Origin: Nitrososphaerota archaeon
GTDB lineage: Archaea > Thermoproteota > Nitrososphaeria > Nitrososphaerales > Gagatemarchaeaceae
DNA length: 64,000 nucleotides
NCBI GenBank assembly: GCA_029785615.1
Contig: JAFLZH010000004.1
Coordinates: 20,545-84,544, forward strand
Direction of reading: 5' to 3'
Shown here in pieces: positions 37,921 through 47,300 of the stretch. The first letter of the stretch is position 1. Each line of letters starts with the position of its first letter. The translations under genes and the position numbers were made by a program. Under the pieces are notes generated by a model that did no database searches, was not told the origin of the DNA, and saw only the letters and a program-made list of their open reading frames with translations.

Positions 37921-38526
37921 TTGAAGCGGAGCGTTATCCCGAGGGAGTTCTTCTGCCGGTACACCCCCGAGGTGGCAAGTGACCTGGTCGGGTGCCGCCT
38001 TGTCAGGGTTATACGCGGCAGGAGGATATCAGGGATAGTCGTCGAGACTGAGGCATACAGGGGCCCGAAGGACCCTGCAAGTCACGCGTACAGAGGGAAG
38101 ACATCCCGGAACGGCGTGATGTTCGGACCGCCGGGGCATGCCTACGTCTACTTCACCATGGGCATGCACTTCTGCCTTAACGTCACCACGGAGCCTACTG
38201 GAACCCCGGGCGCGGTACTGCTGAGGGCGATTGAACCGGAAGAGGGAATCGCAGTGATGGTGAAGAATAGGGGGCCAATTGCAGTCGACAGACTGGCCTC
38301 GGGCCCTGGAAACCTGACGAAGGCCCTGGGCATAGGCAAGGAACTGGACGGAGAAGACTTGGTCATGTCAGACAGGATCTTCTTGGAGCACGGCCGGATG
38401 GCCAGAGAAATCGGGACAAGCCCCAGAGTGGGCGTGTCGGCTGGGAGGTCAACAAGGTGGAGGTTCTTCGAACGAGGGAACCGCTTCGTCTCAAGGGGAA
38501 GGCCATCATCTCCCCAGAACCCATAA
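37921..38526 (+). CDS. mpg: 3-methyladenine DNA glycosylase (MPG/AAG)
   Basis: VETEAY, DPASH, YVYFTMGMHFCLN, VLLRA, GPGNL. Confidence 0.95.
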   Translation: MKRSVIPREFFCRYTPEVASDLVGCRLVRVIRGRRISGIVVETEAYRGPKDPASHAYRGKTSRNGVMFGPPGHAYVYFTMGMHFCLNVTTEPTGTPGAVLLRAIEPEEGIAVMVKNRGPIAVDRLASGPGNLTKALGIGKELDGEDLVMSDRIFLEHGRMAREIGTSPRVGVSAGRSTRWRFFERGNRFVSRGRPSSPQNP

Positions 38527-38554
38527 CTATCTCAGGATTGGACCGAGGAAGGTC

Positions 38555-38662
38555 GGGGTCGTCGGCTAGTCTGGTCTAGGCTTCAAGCCTTGGGTGTCCC
38601 ATCAGTCGTGGCTGGGGGGCCGAGGCCGCTTGAGACCCCCGGTTCAAATCCGGGCGACCCCA
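38555..38662 (+). tRNA. tRNA-Pro(TGG) with a 32-nt intron at 37/38
   Basis: GGGGTCG/CGACCCC-A acceptor; CAAGC-CTTGGG|C-GCTTG; intron 38595-38626. Confidence 0.9.
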
Positions 38663-38734
38663 TCCAATCAAAAGCGCGTATTAAATCGAGTTATCATAGC
38701 GTTAAATACTTTTGACCTCGACGTCCTGGTCAGA

Positions 38735-40822
38735 TTGCAGGCCGCTCCTCGCAGGGTCAAGACGATCTATAGTGTGATCGCGTCTCCGCAGAGGCTCGAG
38801 ATTCTGAGGATACTGAACATCAAGGGACCCCTGACCTACAGCGCCCTGAAGACGCTGGCCGGGTTCAAGTCGAAGAAGGAGTCTGGGAAGTTCGCCTACC
38901 ACCTGCGAAAGCTCGTGAAGCAGCTGCTCATCCAGCTCAACAGGCAGGAGAGGAAGTACACAGTGACCAACCTGGGGAGGCTTGTGCTCAACCTCACCAG
39001 GCAGATCGAAGAGCAGTCGCTCGTAGAGAGCGGGAAGCTGTATGTCCGGACCTCGCACCAGACGATGGAGGAGTTCAATGCCAACAAGATACTCCAGTCA
39101 CTTGTGAAGGAGGCAGGGATGCCGGTGGAGCTGGCCCAGAAGATCACGAGTGAGACTGAGTCAAGGCTCTACAAGTTCCAGACCCAGTATCTGACCGCCC
39201 CTCTCATACGCGAGATAGTCAACGCGCTCCTCGTGGAGCACAGCATGGAGGAGTACAGGCACAAGCTCACCAGACTTGGGATGCCCATCTACGACGTCAC
39301 CCAACTTTTGGGGAAGGCAGGGGACGACGGGGGCAACGTCGAGTCGCTGATTCACCAGACTGGGAAGCAGGTCTTCTCCGAATATCTCCTGCTGGAACAG
39401 CTCCCGAGGGACGTGGCGGACGCTCACCTCTCCGGCGACATCCACATCACGAACGCGGGGTCCTGGGGGCTCTCGCCCGACGCAGTGTTCGTCGACCTTC
39501 TGTCTATGAGGTCCGCAGGGCTCAACCCGAGGGGGAAGATACTCAACGCCTCCATGATACCGAGCCCCGAGAATGCCGAAAAGGCGCTCAACATCGTGCT
39601 CAACATGGCTTCCATGCTCACGAGGGAAGCTTCTGACGAAGTGACCTTCCGGAACTTCCTTCAGTTTATCGGCCCGTACTGCAGATCCAAGGGGAAGAGG
39701 GAGCTCGAATCGCTCTTCCTGAGGTTCTATGAGACCATCGGGTCGCCAGTTGCCGGGGCGACCGGTCCGGCCATCAGCATCGACCTCAATCCATACAAGC
39801 ACGACGACGTCGGCCGCGAAGTCCTGGACAAGACCCTAGACGCGGCCCTCGGCGCCTACAGGAGCTACGTCGAAGAGACCCCGAGGCCTGACATCAGGAT
39901 TCTTCTGGCAAAGCCCAGCAGGGTGGACGATACGAAGACTTTGAAGGATGCCGCGTCAATCATCTTCAACGGAGGGAGGATAGCGTTCTTCTCCTCTGAC
40001 CAGCGTAGGAGCTTTCTCGGGCTGAACGCCAACGTGCTCTCTCAGGAGTCCCAGGCGGACAACATCAACGTGCTCCACGGGCTCAGCCTTAACCTCCCCA
40101 GGCTCGCCTATGACTCCAACCAAGACGAGACATACTTCCGGGCCAAGCTGGCCCTCCTCATCGGAGTGGCGGCGGACGCACTTTCGACGAGGAGGAGGCT
40201 GATTGAGAGAGCGTTGAAGAGGGGCCTCCTTCCCTCGCTGGCGTCCGGTTCGGATGCCGTGACTTCTGACACGATGCCGCTCATCATGAATTTTGTCGGC
40301 TTCGAGGAGACCCTTGCCAGTCTGATACGGGACCCGACAACGGCCTCGCGATACGAGCTCGCAGACAAGATAGTGGGGACAGCCACCCAGGTGGCAGACG
40401 ACAAGTCGACCAAGATTGACAGGCTTGGAGCTGCGATGCTGGACTTGGACGGCGCGTCGAGGCTCGCGAGCCTTGATGCTGAGAAGTATGGGAAGGCGAA
40501 CATCCAGCCTCTCATGAGAGGGGCGTATACCCAGGCCCCCAGGCTTCTCCTGGCCGACCTTGAGAACCCGGAGAAGATGGACTACGTGACGAAGCTCTCC
40601 ACAGGGCTGCGCGGAGGGGTCTCCATCACCCTGGACGGATCTTCGGACGAAGTGAGGGGGATCTACAACCTCATCCTCAACGCGTCGCCCAAACTATCCT
40701 ACTTCAAGGTGGACAGGGTCATATCGGTCTGCAGAAATTGCGGCGCGAAGCTGCCACAGAACGCAGGCAGGTGCCAGAGGTGCAAGTCCGTCGCGATGAC
40801 GCAGTATTCGACGGCGGGCTAG
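38735..40822 (+). CDS. ArsR-type HTH + ATP-cone + degenerate class III RNR (NrdD-like) fusion
   Basis: HTH (RLEILRIL..FAYHLRKL), ATP cone (VRTS..MEEFNANKI..LVKEAG), NrdD-like ADAHLSGDIHI and SLNLPRLA, CxxC..CxxC, no RxxGY loop. Start placed at a TTG after tRNA-Pro. Confidence 0.8.
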   Translation: MQAAPRRVKTIYSVIASPQRLEILRILNIKGPLTYSALKTLAGFKSKKESGKFAYHLRKLVKQLLIQLNRQERKYTVTNLGRLVLNLTRQIEEQSLVESGKLYVRTSHQTMEEFNANKILQSLVKEAGMPVELAQKITSETESRLYKFQTQYLTAPLIREIVNALLVEHSMEEYRHKLTRLGMPIYDVTQLLGKAGDDGGNVESLIHQTGKQVFSEYLLLEQLPRDVADAHLSGDIHITNAGSWGLSPDAVFVDLLSMRSAGLNPRGKILNASMIPSPENAEKALNIVLNMASMLTREASDEVTFRNFLQFIGPYCRSKGKRELESLFLRFYETIGSPVAGATGPAISIDLNPYKHDDVGREVLDKTLDAALGAYRSYVEETPRPDIRILLAKPSRVDDTKTLKDAASIIFNGGRIAFFSSDQRRSFLGLNANVLSQESQADNINVLHGLSLNLPRLAYDSNQDETYFRAKLALLIGVAADALSTRRRLIERALKRGLLPSLASGSDAVTSDTMPLIMNFVGFEETLASLIRDPTTASRYELADKIVGTATQVADDKSTKIDRLGAAMLDLDGASRLASLDAEKYGKANIQPLMRGAYTQAPRLLLADLENPEKMDYVTKLSTGLRGGVSITLDGSSDEVRGIYNLILNASPKLSYFKVDRVISVCRNCGAKLPQNAGRCQRCKSVAMTQYSTAG

Positions 40823-40915
40823 CTAATCAGTTCGCACTTCCTTCTTGTCAACATCAGTTCACAGTCGAACGTCTCATGTCGTCGAGAAAAAGGCGAGTAC
40901 CCTCCTTGGTGGTTA

Positions 40916-40946
40916 ACTCGGAATAAGCCGAGTCGGAATTATATAT
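40916..40946 (+). promoter_or_regulatory. Inverted repeat upstream of the nrdJ TATA box
   Basis: ACTCGG-AATAAG-CCGAGT (40916-40933), then TTATATAT (40939-40946). Confidence 0.5.
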
Positions 40947-40959
40947 CGCAAGCCACAGG

Positions 40960-43290
40960 GTGCAGGCTAAGGTTATGACGTCGATAGTTGAACAACCACG
41001 CGACTCTCCGGATGTAGGAGAGGAGATGAAAGGGGAGGTCAGACTCCCCTCGGAGACTTTGGCGGCGTTCGGAGGAGACGAGCTGCGCGCCCGGGTCTTC
41101 TACGAGAAGTACGCATTGAGAGACGCAACGGGCCAACAGGTTGAGAAGGTCCCGGCTGACATGTGGCGCAGGGTCGCGAAAGAGCTCGCCTCGCCCGAGA
41201 AGGACGAGGACAAGAAGAAGGAATGGGCCAACAGGTTCTACTGGCTCCTTGAGAACTACCGTTTCGTCCCCGGAGGGAGGATTCTTTTCGGCGCGGGGCA
41301 GACCAGGAAGTCGACGCTCCTGAACTGCTACTTCTTCAAGATCAAAGAGGACTCAATCGAAGCGATATTCGACTGGTGCAAGGAGGCCGCTCGGACATAC
41401 AGCTTCGGTGGGGGGGTCGGGACGGATATTTCGGTCCTGAGACCCAGGGGGGCACCGGTGAACAACTCCGCCATCTACAGCTCCGGTTCGGTGTCGTTCA
41501 TGGAGCTGCTCTCGACGACGACGGGGACCATCGGTCAGGCGGGAAGGCGCGGAGCCCTCATGATTACCATTGGGGTGGACCATCCGGACGTGATTGACTT
41601 CATCAACGTGAAGCGCGACCTCAAGAGAGTCAACTATGCCAACATCTCGGTGAAGATCACCGACGACTTCATGAGGGCGGTGGAGACCGACGGAGACTTT
41701 CTGCTCCACTTCAAGAACGACAAGGTGGAAGTGAACCGCACCGTGAGGGCGAGGGAGGTGTGGAAGTCCCTAATCAAGGGAGCCTGGCAGTCGGCGGAGC
41801 CTGGGGTGCTCTTCTGGGACGCGATCAAGCGCGAGTCCACCACCGAGTACAACGGCATGGAGGTGCAGGGGGTCAACCCTTGCAGCGAACAGACCCTTGA
41901 GAGCTACGGGTGCTGCTGCCTGGGCTCCGTAAACCTGAGCGCGTTCGTAAAAGACCCTTTTACCGAAAGGGCGAGCATCGACTGGGATTCCCTCACGAGG
42001 GCAGCCCAATACGGGGTCAGGTTCCTGGACAACGTCCTTGACTACAATGCCGAGCGGCATCCGCTCCCGCAGCAAAAGGAGGCGTCGCTCCACAGCAGGA
42101 GGATAGGGGTGGGGATCACCGGCCTGGGAGACATGCTCATCAAGCTCGGCCTGAAGTATGATGATGACTCGACCATCGAGTTCGTGGATCACCTCTTTGA
42201 GAAAATCAAGAACGTCTTCTACGATTACTCTACCGAGCTGGCGGAGGAGAAGGGGAGCTTCCCCGCGTTCGATGCGGCCAAGCACCTGGCCCAGCCGTTC
42301 ATCTCGAGGCTGGATGAGAAGGTGAAGGGGAAGATTAGGACCCAGGGTATCAGGAACGCGGCGGTCACCACCATCCCTCCCGTGGGCTCAGGGTCGATCC
42401 TCGCAGGTACCAGCAGCGGCGTCGAGCCGGTCTTCGCGCTCTTCTACACGCGGAGGAGCAAATCGTTGAGCGAGGGGGAGTTCAAGGTCTTCCACCCGCT
42501 CGTGAGAGAGTACATGGCGGCAACGGGAGCGAGGGACGAAAACCAGCTCCCCAACTACTTCGTAACGTCGCACCAGATCAAGCCAGACATGAGGGTGAAG
42601 ATGCAGGCGACCATCCAGAAGCACATCGACACAGCGATCTCAAGCACTGTGAACCTCCCAGAGGACATAACACCGGAGGAGGTCGAGAAGATCTACCTCC
42701 TAGCCTGGCGGATGGGGTGCAAGGGCATCACGGTCTATAGGGAGGGGAGCAGGGAGGGAATCCTTGAGACTGCGAAGGTCGCCAAGAAGGTCGAAGCCAA
42801 GCCGGCGGCAGGCTTTGAGCGGCCCAAGGTGATGGAGGGAAGGACCCTAAAGCTCAAGCTCCCCCAGGGGAACATCTACCTCACCGCTAACCTGGTCGAA
42901 GGGGAGATCAAAGAGGTCTTCGTTACCCTGGGCAAGTCTGGGGCCGATGAGAACGCAGACGCGGCCGCGCTCGGCAGGCTGATTAGCCTGTACCTCCAAC
43001 ATGGAGGGAGCATCAAGAACGTCATCTCCACCCTGAAGGGGATCAAGGGGAAGTACGTCTCTTGGGACGAGGGGACACAGCTCCAGTCCATCCCAGACGC
43101 CATCGCGAAAGCCCTGGAACTCCTGACCCTCAACCACGTGGTCAAGGAGTCGGGCTTCGTGGACGAGACGAAGGGGAAGGCAGCCTCAAGGGGAGGGACA
43201 GGCACCTGTCCCGACTGTCATGAGAGCGCCCTCGTGTTCGAGAATGGCTGCTACCACTGCAGTTCGTGTGGCTACTCGAAGTGCGAATAG
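40960..43290 (+). CDS. nrdJ: Class II (B12-dependent) ribonucleotide reductase
   Basis: PGGRIL, LLNCY, GGGVG, NPCSE, CLGSVNL, ISSTVN, KGITVYREGSR, C-terminal TSCPD-like and Zn-ribbon domains. Confidence 0.95.
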   Translation: MQAKVMTSIVEQPRDSPDVGEEMKGEVRLPSETLAAFGGDELRARVFYEKYALRDATGQQVEKVPADMWRRVAKELASPEKDEDKKKEWANRFYWLLENYRFVPGGRILFGAGQTRKSTLLNCYFFKIKEDSIEAIFDWCKEAARTYSFGGGVGTDISVLRPRGAPVNNSAIYSSGSVSFMELLSTTTGTIGQAGRRGALMITIGVDHPDVIDFINVKRDLKRVNYANISVKITDDFMRAVETDGDFLLHFKNDKVEVNRTVRAREVWKSLIKGAWQSAEPGVLFWDAIKRESTTEYNGMEVQGVNPCSEQTLESYGCCCLGSVNLSAFVKDPFTERASIDWDSLTRAAQYGVRFLDNVLDYNAERHPLPQQKEASLHSRRIGVGITGLGDMLIKLGLKYDDDSTIEFVDHLFEKIKNVFYDYSTELAEEKGSFPAFDAAKHLAQPFISRLDEKVKGKIRTQGIRNAAVTTIPPVGSGSILAGTSSGVEPVFALFYTRRSKSLSEGEFKVFHPLVREYMAATGARDENQLPNYFVTSHQIKPDMRVKMQATIQKHIDTAISSTVNLPEDITPEEVEKIYLLAWRMGCKGITVYREGSREGILETAKVAKKVEAKPAAGFERPKVMEGRTLKLKLPQGNIYLTANLVEGEIKEVFVTLGKSGADENADAAALGRLISLYLQHGGSIKNVISTLKGIKGKYVSWDEGTQLQSIPDAIAKALELLTLNHVVKESGFVDETKGKAASRGGTGTCPDCHESALVFENGCYHCSSCGYSKCE

Positions 43291-43293
43291 TGA

Positions 43294-43321
43294 GAGGGAA
43301 GGGGAGCTTCCCCCGACCCTC
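43294..43321 (+). terminator. Hairpin after nrdJ
   Basis: GAGGG-AA-GGGGA-GCT-TCCCC-GA-CCCTC. Confidence 0.35.
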
Positions 43322-43388
43322 GCCTACGGCCGGCATCTGAAAACCTTCAACTCGTAGGCTTGGAGAGCCCTGAGGGCAGGGCGTACAA

Positions 43389-44312
43389 GTGAAGCCCATA
43401 GTCATAGTAGGGAGCTACAACACCAGCGAGACGATACGGGTGTCCCGTCTCCCCAGGCCTGGGGAGACCATCATGGGCTCAGGATACTCCAAAGGCCCGG
43501 GGGGGAAGGGGTCGAACCAGGCAGTCGCGGCGCGGCGGTTGGACGGAGAAGCTCGATTCATAGGGTGCGTTGGCAAGGACAAGAATGGAGACGAGGCCTT
43601 CTCCCTATGGGAATCTGAGAGCGTCGCGGTGGAAGGGGTCAGGCGGGTCGCGAGGCATACCGGGACGGCCCTGATAGTGGTGGAAGAAGACACTGGAGTC
43701 AACATCATAACCATAGCCCCGGGCGCCAACCTCGACCTCTCCCCGGCAGACATCGTGGAGTCCAGGAAGACGGTCGCTGGGTGCGGGGTGGTGCTCGCCC
43801 AGCTCGAGATCCCGGTGGAGACGGCGGTGGCAGCGACCAGGGTCGGGAGAGAGGAAGGCGCCCTGGTGATCTTGAACCCGGCTCCCGCGATGCCCGCGTC
43901 GGAGCTCGACCTGACGCGGGTAGACGTGGTCACCCCCAACGAGCAGGAGTTCGTGTTGCTTTCTGGGACCGACAGCCTCGAAGCGGGCTCGGCCTCCCTC
44001 CTGAAGAGGGGACCACGGACGGTGATAGTCACCCTCGGAGAAGGAGGGGCGTACGTGGCAACAGAGAAGAGGTCATACAGGGTTCCGGCACCCCGCGTGA
44101 GGTCGGTAGACGAGACGGGGGCTGGTGACGCCTTCAATGGGGCCCTCGCGGTCGCGCTCTCGAAGGGGGAGGAGATGGAAGAGGCGGTCAGGTTCGCCAA
44201 CGTCGCGGGCGCCCTGACGGTCACCAAAGAGGAGGTCATTCCAGCGCTCCCGCGCTTAGAGGAGGTCGAGGCCCTGCGGCGGTCGGCGGTCCTTTCTTGG
44301 CCGCCCCCCTAA
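43389..44312 (+). CDS. rbsK: Ribokinase (PfkB family)
   Basis: GGKGSNQAVA, QLEIP, NPAPA, PNEQE, DETGAGDAFNG. Confidence 0.9.
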   Translation: MKPIVIVGSYNTSETIRVSRLPRPGETIMGSGYSKGPGGKGSNQAVAARRLDGEARFIGCVGKDKNGDEAFSLWESESVAVEGVRRVARHTGTALIVVEEDTGVNIITIAPGANLDLSPADIVESRKTVAGCGVVLAQLEIPVETAVAATRVGREEGALVILNPAPAMPASELDLTRVDVVTPNEQEFVLLSGTDSLEAGSASLLKRGPRTVIVTLGEGGAYVATEKRSYRVPAPRVRSVDETGAGDAFNGALAVALSKGEEMEEAVRFANVAGALTVTKEEVIPALPRLEEVEALRRSAVLSWPPP

Positions 44313-44438
44313 GCACGCTGTAGGAGTCCGCACCTCCTGATACCAAAGGAGGGATTCTGACTGGCTAACTCGCAAAGCAGCGCTTGAGAGAGGATTGGCC
44401 GCGTCGCCAGCGCCAAGAGCACTGGTCCATAGGACAGG

Positions 44439-44771
44439 TCAGGAGGTTAGCTTCAGGATGGCTCGGGCAACCTCGCCGTCCGACTGCTCTAGGGCCGCCA
44501 CGGCTTTCTCCCTGGAGGCTCCGGCCTGCTGCTGCACCAGGAGGATGTCCTCATCGCTGAACGTCTTCCGCTCTACCTCCACCTCCTCGACCTCGCCCAC
44601 GACCTGGAACATCCTCTGCCCCTGGGCGTTGACCTCTGACACGGAAGCGTTGGTGATGTGCATCTCCGTGTCGGGCGTCTTGATCACTACCTCCTGGACG
44701 TTGGGGATCTCCTTCATGTTGATCCCGAGGCGGTCCATCATTCTTCTCGCGTTCCTGTTGTCCATCTTCAT
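44439..44771 (-). CDS. nac: Nascent polypeptide-associated complex protein
   Basis: RRMMDRLGI..EVVIK..FQVVG, UBA-like EDILLVQQQAG..ARAIL. Confidence 0.92.
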   Translation of the reverse strand: MKMDNRNARRMMDRLGINMKEIPNVQEVVIKTPDTEMHITNASVSEVNAQGQRMFQVVGEVEEVEVERKTFSDEDILLVQQQAGASREKAVAALEQSDGEVARAILKLTS

Positions 44772-45235
44772 GTCGTTGTCCCTGCTCTGACCTTCACCGC
44801 CGTCCCCGACTTAAATTGTTCCATGTGCGCCCCATTCAGCACCGCCATGCCCACCCCCAGGACCTTCCAGTTCCGGTCTACGACGGCCACCTCTCCCTTG
44901 GGGTAGATGCTCTTCCCGGACCAGGTGACGAACTTGCAGAACACGGACTTCCCTCCGCGGACGAACTGCGCGGCCTCGTCTGTGACCTGGACGCAGCTGT
45001 CCCTGAACCTGGGACTCCTGGAGAGGGTCTGGGCACCATACATGGAGAGGGCCATGGCCCCGTTCGGCTTCACGGTGGCGAAGAGCTTCCCGTCCAATTG
45101 GATCAGTTTCACCCTCCCTGATCTTCTCGAACGGAAGAGTCGGTAGCCACTCTTCGGCAGGGCCCTGCTCACCCCCTTCCCGAACAGGTAGTCGACCATC
45201 AGAGCCACCTGCCTTCGGTCGGTCGGAGACGCCAT
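44768..45235 (-). CDS. PUA-domain protein (split archaeosine TGT C-terminal-like)
   Basis: DYLFGKG, GKSVFCKFV, LGVGMAVL, GTAVKVR. Confidence 0.85.
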   Translation of the reverse strand: MASPTDRRQVALMVDYLFGKGVSRALPKSGYRLFRSRRSGRVKLIQLDGKLFATVKPNGAMALSMYGAQTLSRSPRFRDSCVQVTDEAAQFVRGGKSVFCKFVTWSGKSIYPKGEVAVVDRNWKVLGVGMAVLNGAHMEQFKSGTAVKVRAGTTT

Positions 45236-45439
45236 CGCCGGGGCGCCGCCGTGCGGGCGATAAATCTGTGAGGTTGCAGGCTCTGCCGGCGATGCGGCAG
45301 CCTCCCCCCGCGCCTGACCGATCCAAAGCCAAGCCCCGAGGGCGGGCGCCCGGCGGAGCCGCCGTGGTTCCCCTGCACTGTTCATCTACCGGGGCCGCGA
45401 GAGGCCGGCCGAGAGGGAGCGAGCACGAAGAGCATCCGG

Positions 45440-45949
45440 GTGCTGAGGCTTGGACAAAGATACGTGAGGGACGAAAGGACCCTTACGCACCTGTGCCTGG
45501 TCTCCAGGGCGCTGGGGGCGGAGTGTATCTACCTCGAAGACGCCGAGAACGATGTCACGGCGACCCTTGATGAAGTGAATAAGACGTGGGGCGGGGACTT
45601 CCGTGCAATTCTAGGCGAGTCGTGGAAGGGAGTGATGAGGGAGGCGAAAAGGGAGGGGAGGAGCGTGGTCCACCTCACCATGTACGGGATGCCCATCCAA
45701 GATGTGATGCAGGACCTACGAGGGCTCGAGAAGGTACTCATAGTGGTGGGGGGGCCGAAGGTCCCCGGGAAGGTCTACCACGAAGCAGACTTCAACGTCG
45801 CGGTCACCTCGCAGCCACACTCCGAGGTCGCTGCCCTGGCCATAACGCTTCATGAAATCCAGAGCGGGGAAGAGCTTAAGAGGACGTTTCCACAAAGCAG
45901 ACTAAGGATTTTGCCTTCCGCTCGGGGCAAGAGAGTTGTAGAAAATTGA
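45440..45949 (+). CDS. trm56: tRNA (cytidine-56)-2'-O-methyltransferase
   Basis: RDERTLTHLCLVSRALGA, VHLTMYG, VGGPKVP, QPHSEVAALA; true start probably a few codons upstream. Confidence 0.92.
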   Translation: MLRLGQRYVRDERTLTHLCLVSRALGAECIYLEDAENDVTATLDEVNKTWGGDFRAILGESWKGVMREAKREGRSVVHLTMYGMPIQDVMQDLRGLEKVLIVVGGPKVPGKVYHEADFNVAVTSQPHSEVAALAITLHEIQSGEELKRTFPQSRLRILPSARGKRVVEN

Positions 45950-46455
45950 AGATTGAATACGAAGACACCTTTGTGAAGGTGGCCGGACTTATCGGCGGGC
46001 CCGACTACGTCAGGGTGGCGAGGGCCCTTCTGAACAACGAGAACGCGACGGACGAGGAGATTGCGTCCGCCACCGGCCTCAAGATAAAGACGGTGAGGAA
46101 GGCCCTCTACGACCTGTTCGGCCGGAGCCTCATCACAGGAGTGAGGGTCAGGGACCCCAAGAGAGGGTGGTTCGTCTACAGGTGGAAGGCTCAGCGAGAC
46201 CAGACGGATGGATTCATCCAGACCCAGCGGAAGAAGGTACTGAACAGGCTGAGGCAGCGTTTCGAATACGAAGAAGTGCATGAGTTCTACCACTGCGGGA
46301 CCCCGACCTGCCTCACCAGGACGTTCGAGGACGCCATGGAGAACTTCTTCAAGTGCCCGAGCTGCGGAAAGCCACTGAACCGCCTCGACAACGCCGAGCT
46401 GAAGGACGCCCTTCGCTGGAAGATCCATCAGCTGGAAGAGGAACTCGCAAAGTGA
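45946..46455 (+). CDS. tfe: Transcription factor E (TFE alpha)
   Basis: TDEEIA..VRKALYDL..GWFVYRW wHTH, FKCPSCG Zn ribbon. Confidence 0.93.
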   Translation: MKIEYEDTFVKVAGLIGGPDYVRVARALLNNENATDEEIASATGLKIKTVRKALYDLFGRSLITGVRVRDPKRGWFVYRWKAQRDQTDGFIQTQRKKVLNRLRQRFEYEEVHEFYHCGTPTCLTRTFEDAMENFFKCPSCGKPLNRLDNAELKDALRWKIHQLEEELAK

Positions 46456-46994
46456 TCACTTCCGAAGGGGAGGCCACGGCGCTCCATCGGAAGTACGGCA
46501 GCAACGAAAGGATCATCGAACACTGCAGGACAGTGGCCAAGGCCGCTATGGCGCTGGCGGAGGAGTTCGAGAAGCGCGGCTACGGCGTGGACGAGAGGGC
46601 GGTCTTCGTCGCTGCCATGCTCCATGACATCGGAAGGTCCCGGGTACAGACCGTCAGCCACGGCGTGGAAGGGGCGAGCATCGCCGAGAAAGAGGGGGCG
46701 GGGAAGAAGGTCGCCGAAATAATCCAGAGGCATGTAGGGGCGGGCATCTCGCCCGAGGAGGCAAAGTCCCTGGGGATGCCAGCCCTCGACTACATCCCCC
46801 GGACTCTTGAAGAGAGAATTGTCTGCTTCGCGGACAAGATGGTAGACGGAGTCAAAGTGAGGCCATTCGAGGAGGAGGTGAAGCGGTTCACGGCCAAGGA
46901 GCACGATGTGGCCCGCCTCCTCGCGCTCAGAGAAAGCCTCCGGGAAGAGCTCGGGGAGGACCCAGAAAGGGCAGTCTTCGACAACGTGAAATAG
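46452..46994 (+). CDS. HD-domain phosphohydrolase (TIGR00295-like)
   Basis: LHDIGR, HGVEG, RHVGAGI, PRTLEERIVCFADK. Confidence 0.88.
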   Translation: MITSEGEATALHRKYGSNERIIEHCRTVAKAAMALAEEFEKRGYGVDERAVFVAAMLHDIGRSRVQTVSHGVEGASIAEKEGAGKKVAEIIQRHVGAGISPEEAKSLGMPALDYIPRTLEERIVCFADKMVDGVKVRPFEEEVKRFTAKEHDVARLLALRESLREELGEDPERAVFDNVK

Positions 46995-47016
46995 CGACAC
47001 CGTTGGCTAAGAAACC

Positions 47017-47124
47017 ATGGCCTCTTGCATATGCAAGGTCTGCAGGCACAAGGACTACGAGAGCTGCTCGAAGTGCACCTGCTGTAGGTATCAGCGTGCG
47101 GCCTGCATGCCGGTGACAGGTTAG
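47017..47124 (+). CDS. 35-aa cysteine-rich peptide (metallothionein-like candidate)
   Basis: MASCICKVCRHKDYESCSKCTCCRYQRAACMPVTG; 8 Cys; fills the gap between the HD gene and the tRNA promoter. Confidence 0.55.
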   Translation: MASCICKVCRHKDYESCSKCTCCRYQRAACMPVTG

Positions 47125-47170
47125 GCCCCCGTGGGCAAGACTTAAGGGAGAACCGCGAGGAGGCTTCCGC

Positions 47171-47300
47171 AGCGAGGTGGGGAAGCCAGACCCCCCGTGG
47201 GGGTAAGGATCATCCCGGCGGGCTCATAAGCGAAAGCTTGGAAACCCGCAGAGCGGAGGTTCAAAAGGAGAGCAATCTCCTGAAAGTCCTCCCCTCGCTA
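47171..47300 (+). tRNA. Initiator tRNA-Met(CAT) with three introns (D-loop ~18/19, 37/38, 59/60)
   Basis: A1-T72 pair, GGG/CCC anticodon stem; removing 47190-47207, 47229-47243 and 47266-47286 gives a 76-nt cloverleaf. Confidence 0.88.

Noticed and set aside
38594..38734. N-terminal extension of the NrdD-like ORF
   Set aside because: Runs through tRNA-Pro; the real start is downstream.
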